Origin: a virus
Taxonomy: Duplodnaviria; Caudoviricetes
Direction: 5' to 3' (one strand)
Length of the DNA stretch: 64,000 nucleotides
Virus record (IMG/VR): IMGVR_UViG_3300037047_000246
Numbering within the stretch: the first letter of the stretch is position 1; each line of letters opens with the position of its first letter. The notes under the pieces are model-generated. The model was given only the letters and a program-made list of their open reading frames with translations. It was not told the DNA's origin and searched no databases. The position numbers and the translations under genes are program-made. Below, one piece after another: positions 63,245 to 64,000 of this stretch.

Positions 63245-63547
63245 CTAACGGCGGCCGACTGACCACTGCGGCTCGGCACGCGCTCCCGGCGGAGCTGACT
63301 GAACCGGTCCGGCCCTGTAGTCATCACCAACAAAGCAGCACATGCCTGCGGGACAGCCAGTGCCCACTGGACCCCCGCACACTTCGCTGTTCCAGCAGCA
63401 CAGCAGCGGATTCGTGCTGCAGGCATGGGCACGTGTGCCGCACGGGTGCTCGGGAGTCACCGGGTTGTGTGGCCTATTGCAGTCTTTACAGCTACAGAGT
63501 ATTGTCAATGCCGCGACCAGCATGGCGATTCGCATACTTACCATCAA
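63245..63547 (-). CDS. small Cys-rich putative lipoprotein
   Basis: hydrophobic leader with LCSC; CC pairs. Confidence 0.65.
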   Translation of the reverse strand: MMVSMRIAMLVAALTILCSCKDCNRPHNPVTPEHPCGTRAHACSTNPLLCCWNSEVCGGPVGTGCPAGMCCFVGDDYRAGPVQSAPPGARAEPQWSVGRR

Positions 63548-63582
63548 TATTGAAAATGTAAGATCACGCAGTACTCACACAC

Positions 63583-63825
63583 ATGAGGTCAGTTATGCAG
63601 ACGGTACAAGGTAAGAAAATGCGCGACGGGTCTGTGCTTGTATTTCGAGGGACCAACTGGAAATTAGCCGGCGACTCTAAATGGGCGGCGCATGGTACGT
63701 CGTACGTTGCCAACGGCAACGAGAAGTATGTCGGAAGTCGGAAAATCGGCGGCGTGGAACACGAAGTGTTCGTGCTGTGCGATGATGACTTTGGCGCTCA
63801 GCCGAAAGAGCAGCCGGCAGCGTGA
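63583..63825 (+). CDS. small hypothetical
   Basis: GAGG upstream. Confidence 0.6.
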   Translation: MRSVMQTVQGKKMRDGSVLVFRGTNWKLAGDSKWAAHGTSYVANGNEKYVGSRKIGGVEHEVFVLCDDDFGAQPKEQPAA

Positions 63826-63827
63826 AG

Positions 63828-63866
63828 TGATGGGGGCAGTTCAGTCAAACTGAACTGCCCCCATCA
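63828..63866. terminator. 18-bp perfect stem, 3-nt loop
   Basis: TGATGGGGGCAGTTCAGT-CAA-ACTGAACTGCCCCCATCA, immediately after a stop. Confidence 0.7.
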
Positions 63867-63929
63867 TTAAATGCCCTATTAGGCTTTTAATGTAAATTGG
63901 TTGGTAACCACCAAACACTGATCAAGCAC

Positions 63930-64000
63930 ATGAGCGAATTTGGCAACTACATCAAAGCGCTGCGGGAAGCCAAGAGGACCCAAGACAAGTCCTGGTCTGT
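63930..64000 (+). CDS. XRE-type HTH protein, truncated by window end
   Basis: MSEFGNYIKALREAK..SWS. Confidence 0.55.
   Translation, partial: MSEFGNYIKALREAKRTQDKSWS

Noticed and set aside
1-64000. tRNA, rRNA, integrase/att sites, integron attC arrays
   Set aside because: No cloverleaf, recombinase gene or attC-like consensus was recognised by eye; a tRNAscan/Infernal run would be needed to exclude them formally.

Overview
A 64-kb, GC-rich, gene-dense segment that reads as the accessory/early region of a large (jumbo-type) phage or phage-like element. It holds about 130 mostly short hypothetical ORFs in alternating co-directional blocks. No capsid, terminase, rRNA, tRNA or cas genes were seen. 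Recognisable products: an ATP-dependent DNA ligase with N-terminal SWIM finger, a stand-alone BRCT protein, a MoxR AAA+ ATPase and its metallopeptidase-vWA partner, a J-domain (pseudo)kinase plus vWA pair, a SplB-like radical SAM enzyme, six free-standing homing-type endonucleases, DUF4116-like repeat proteins, and a Cys-rich surface lipoprotein of myxobacterial type, which hints at a Myxococcota host. Main discovery: about 48 otherwise unrelated ORFs (manual count) end in the same C-terminal peptide, E-x-x-[VILC]-x-x-[VTI]-[QHM]-[EDQN]-[SAV]-COOH (e.g. EVQVELVHES, EVLVEAVQDV, EWFVRRVQED). The motif is conserved at protein rather than codon level. It also occurs as tag-only micro-ORFs and behind internal TGA codons, and it is absent from all recognisable enzymes. 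Many of these genes sit behind a repeated bipartite promoter-like element (YYGA[AG][GC]-N26/27-CGTAC[CT]G, then GGAGGTGA), which resembles an ECF-sigma promoter stretched by one helical turn. Other oddities include a loop-less 50-bp perfect palindrome with an AT-rich tract and tandem repeats (origin- or telomere-like), long hairpins at block boundaries, and many frameshifted or duplicated gene remnants. All family assignments come from motif recognition only; no database search was run.
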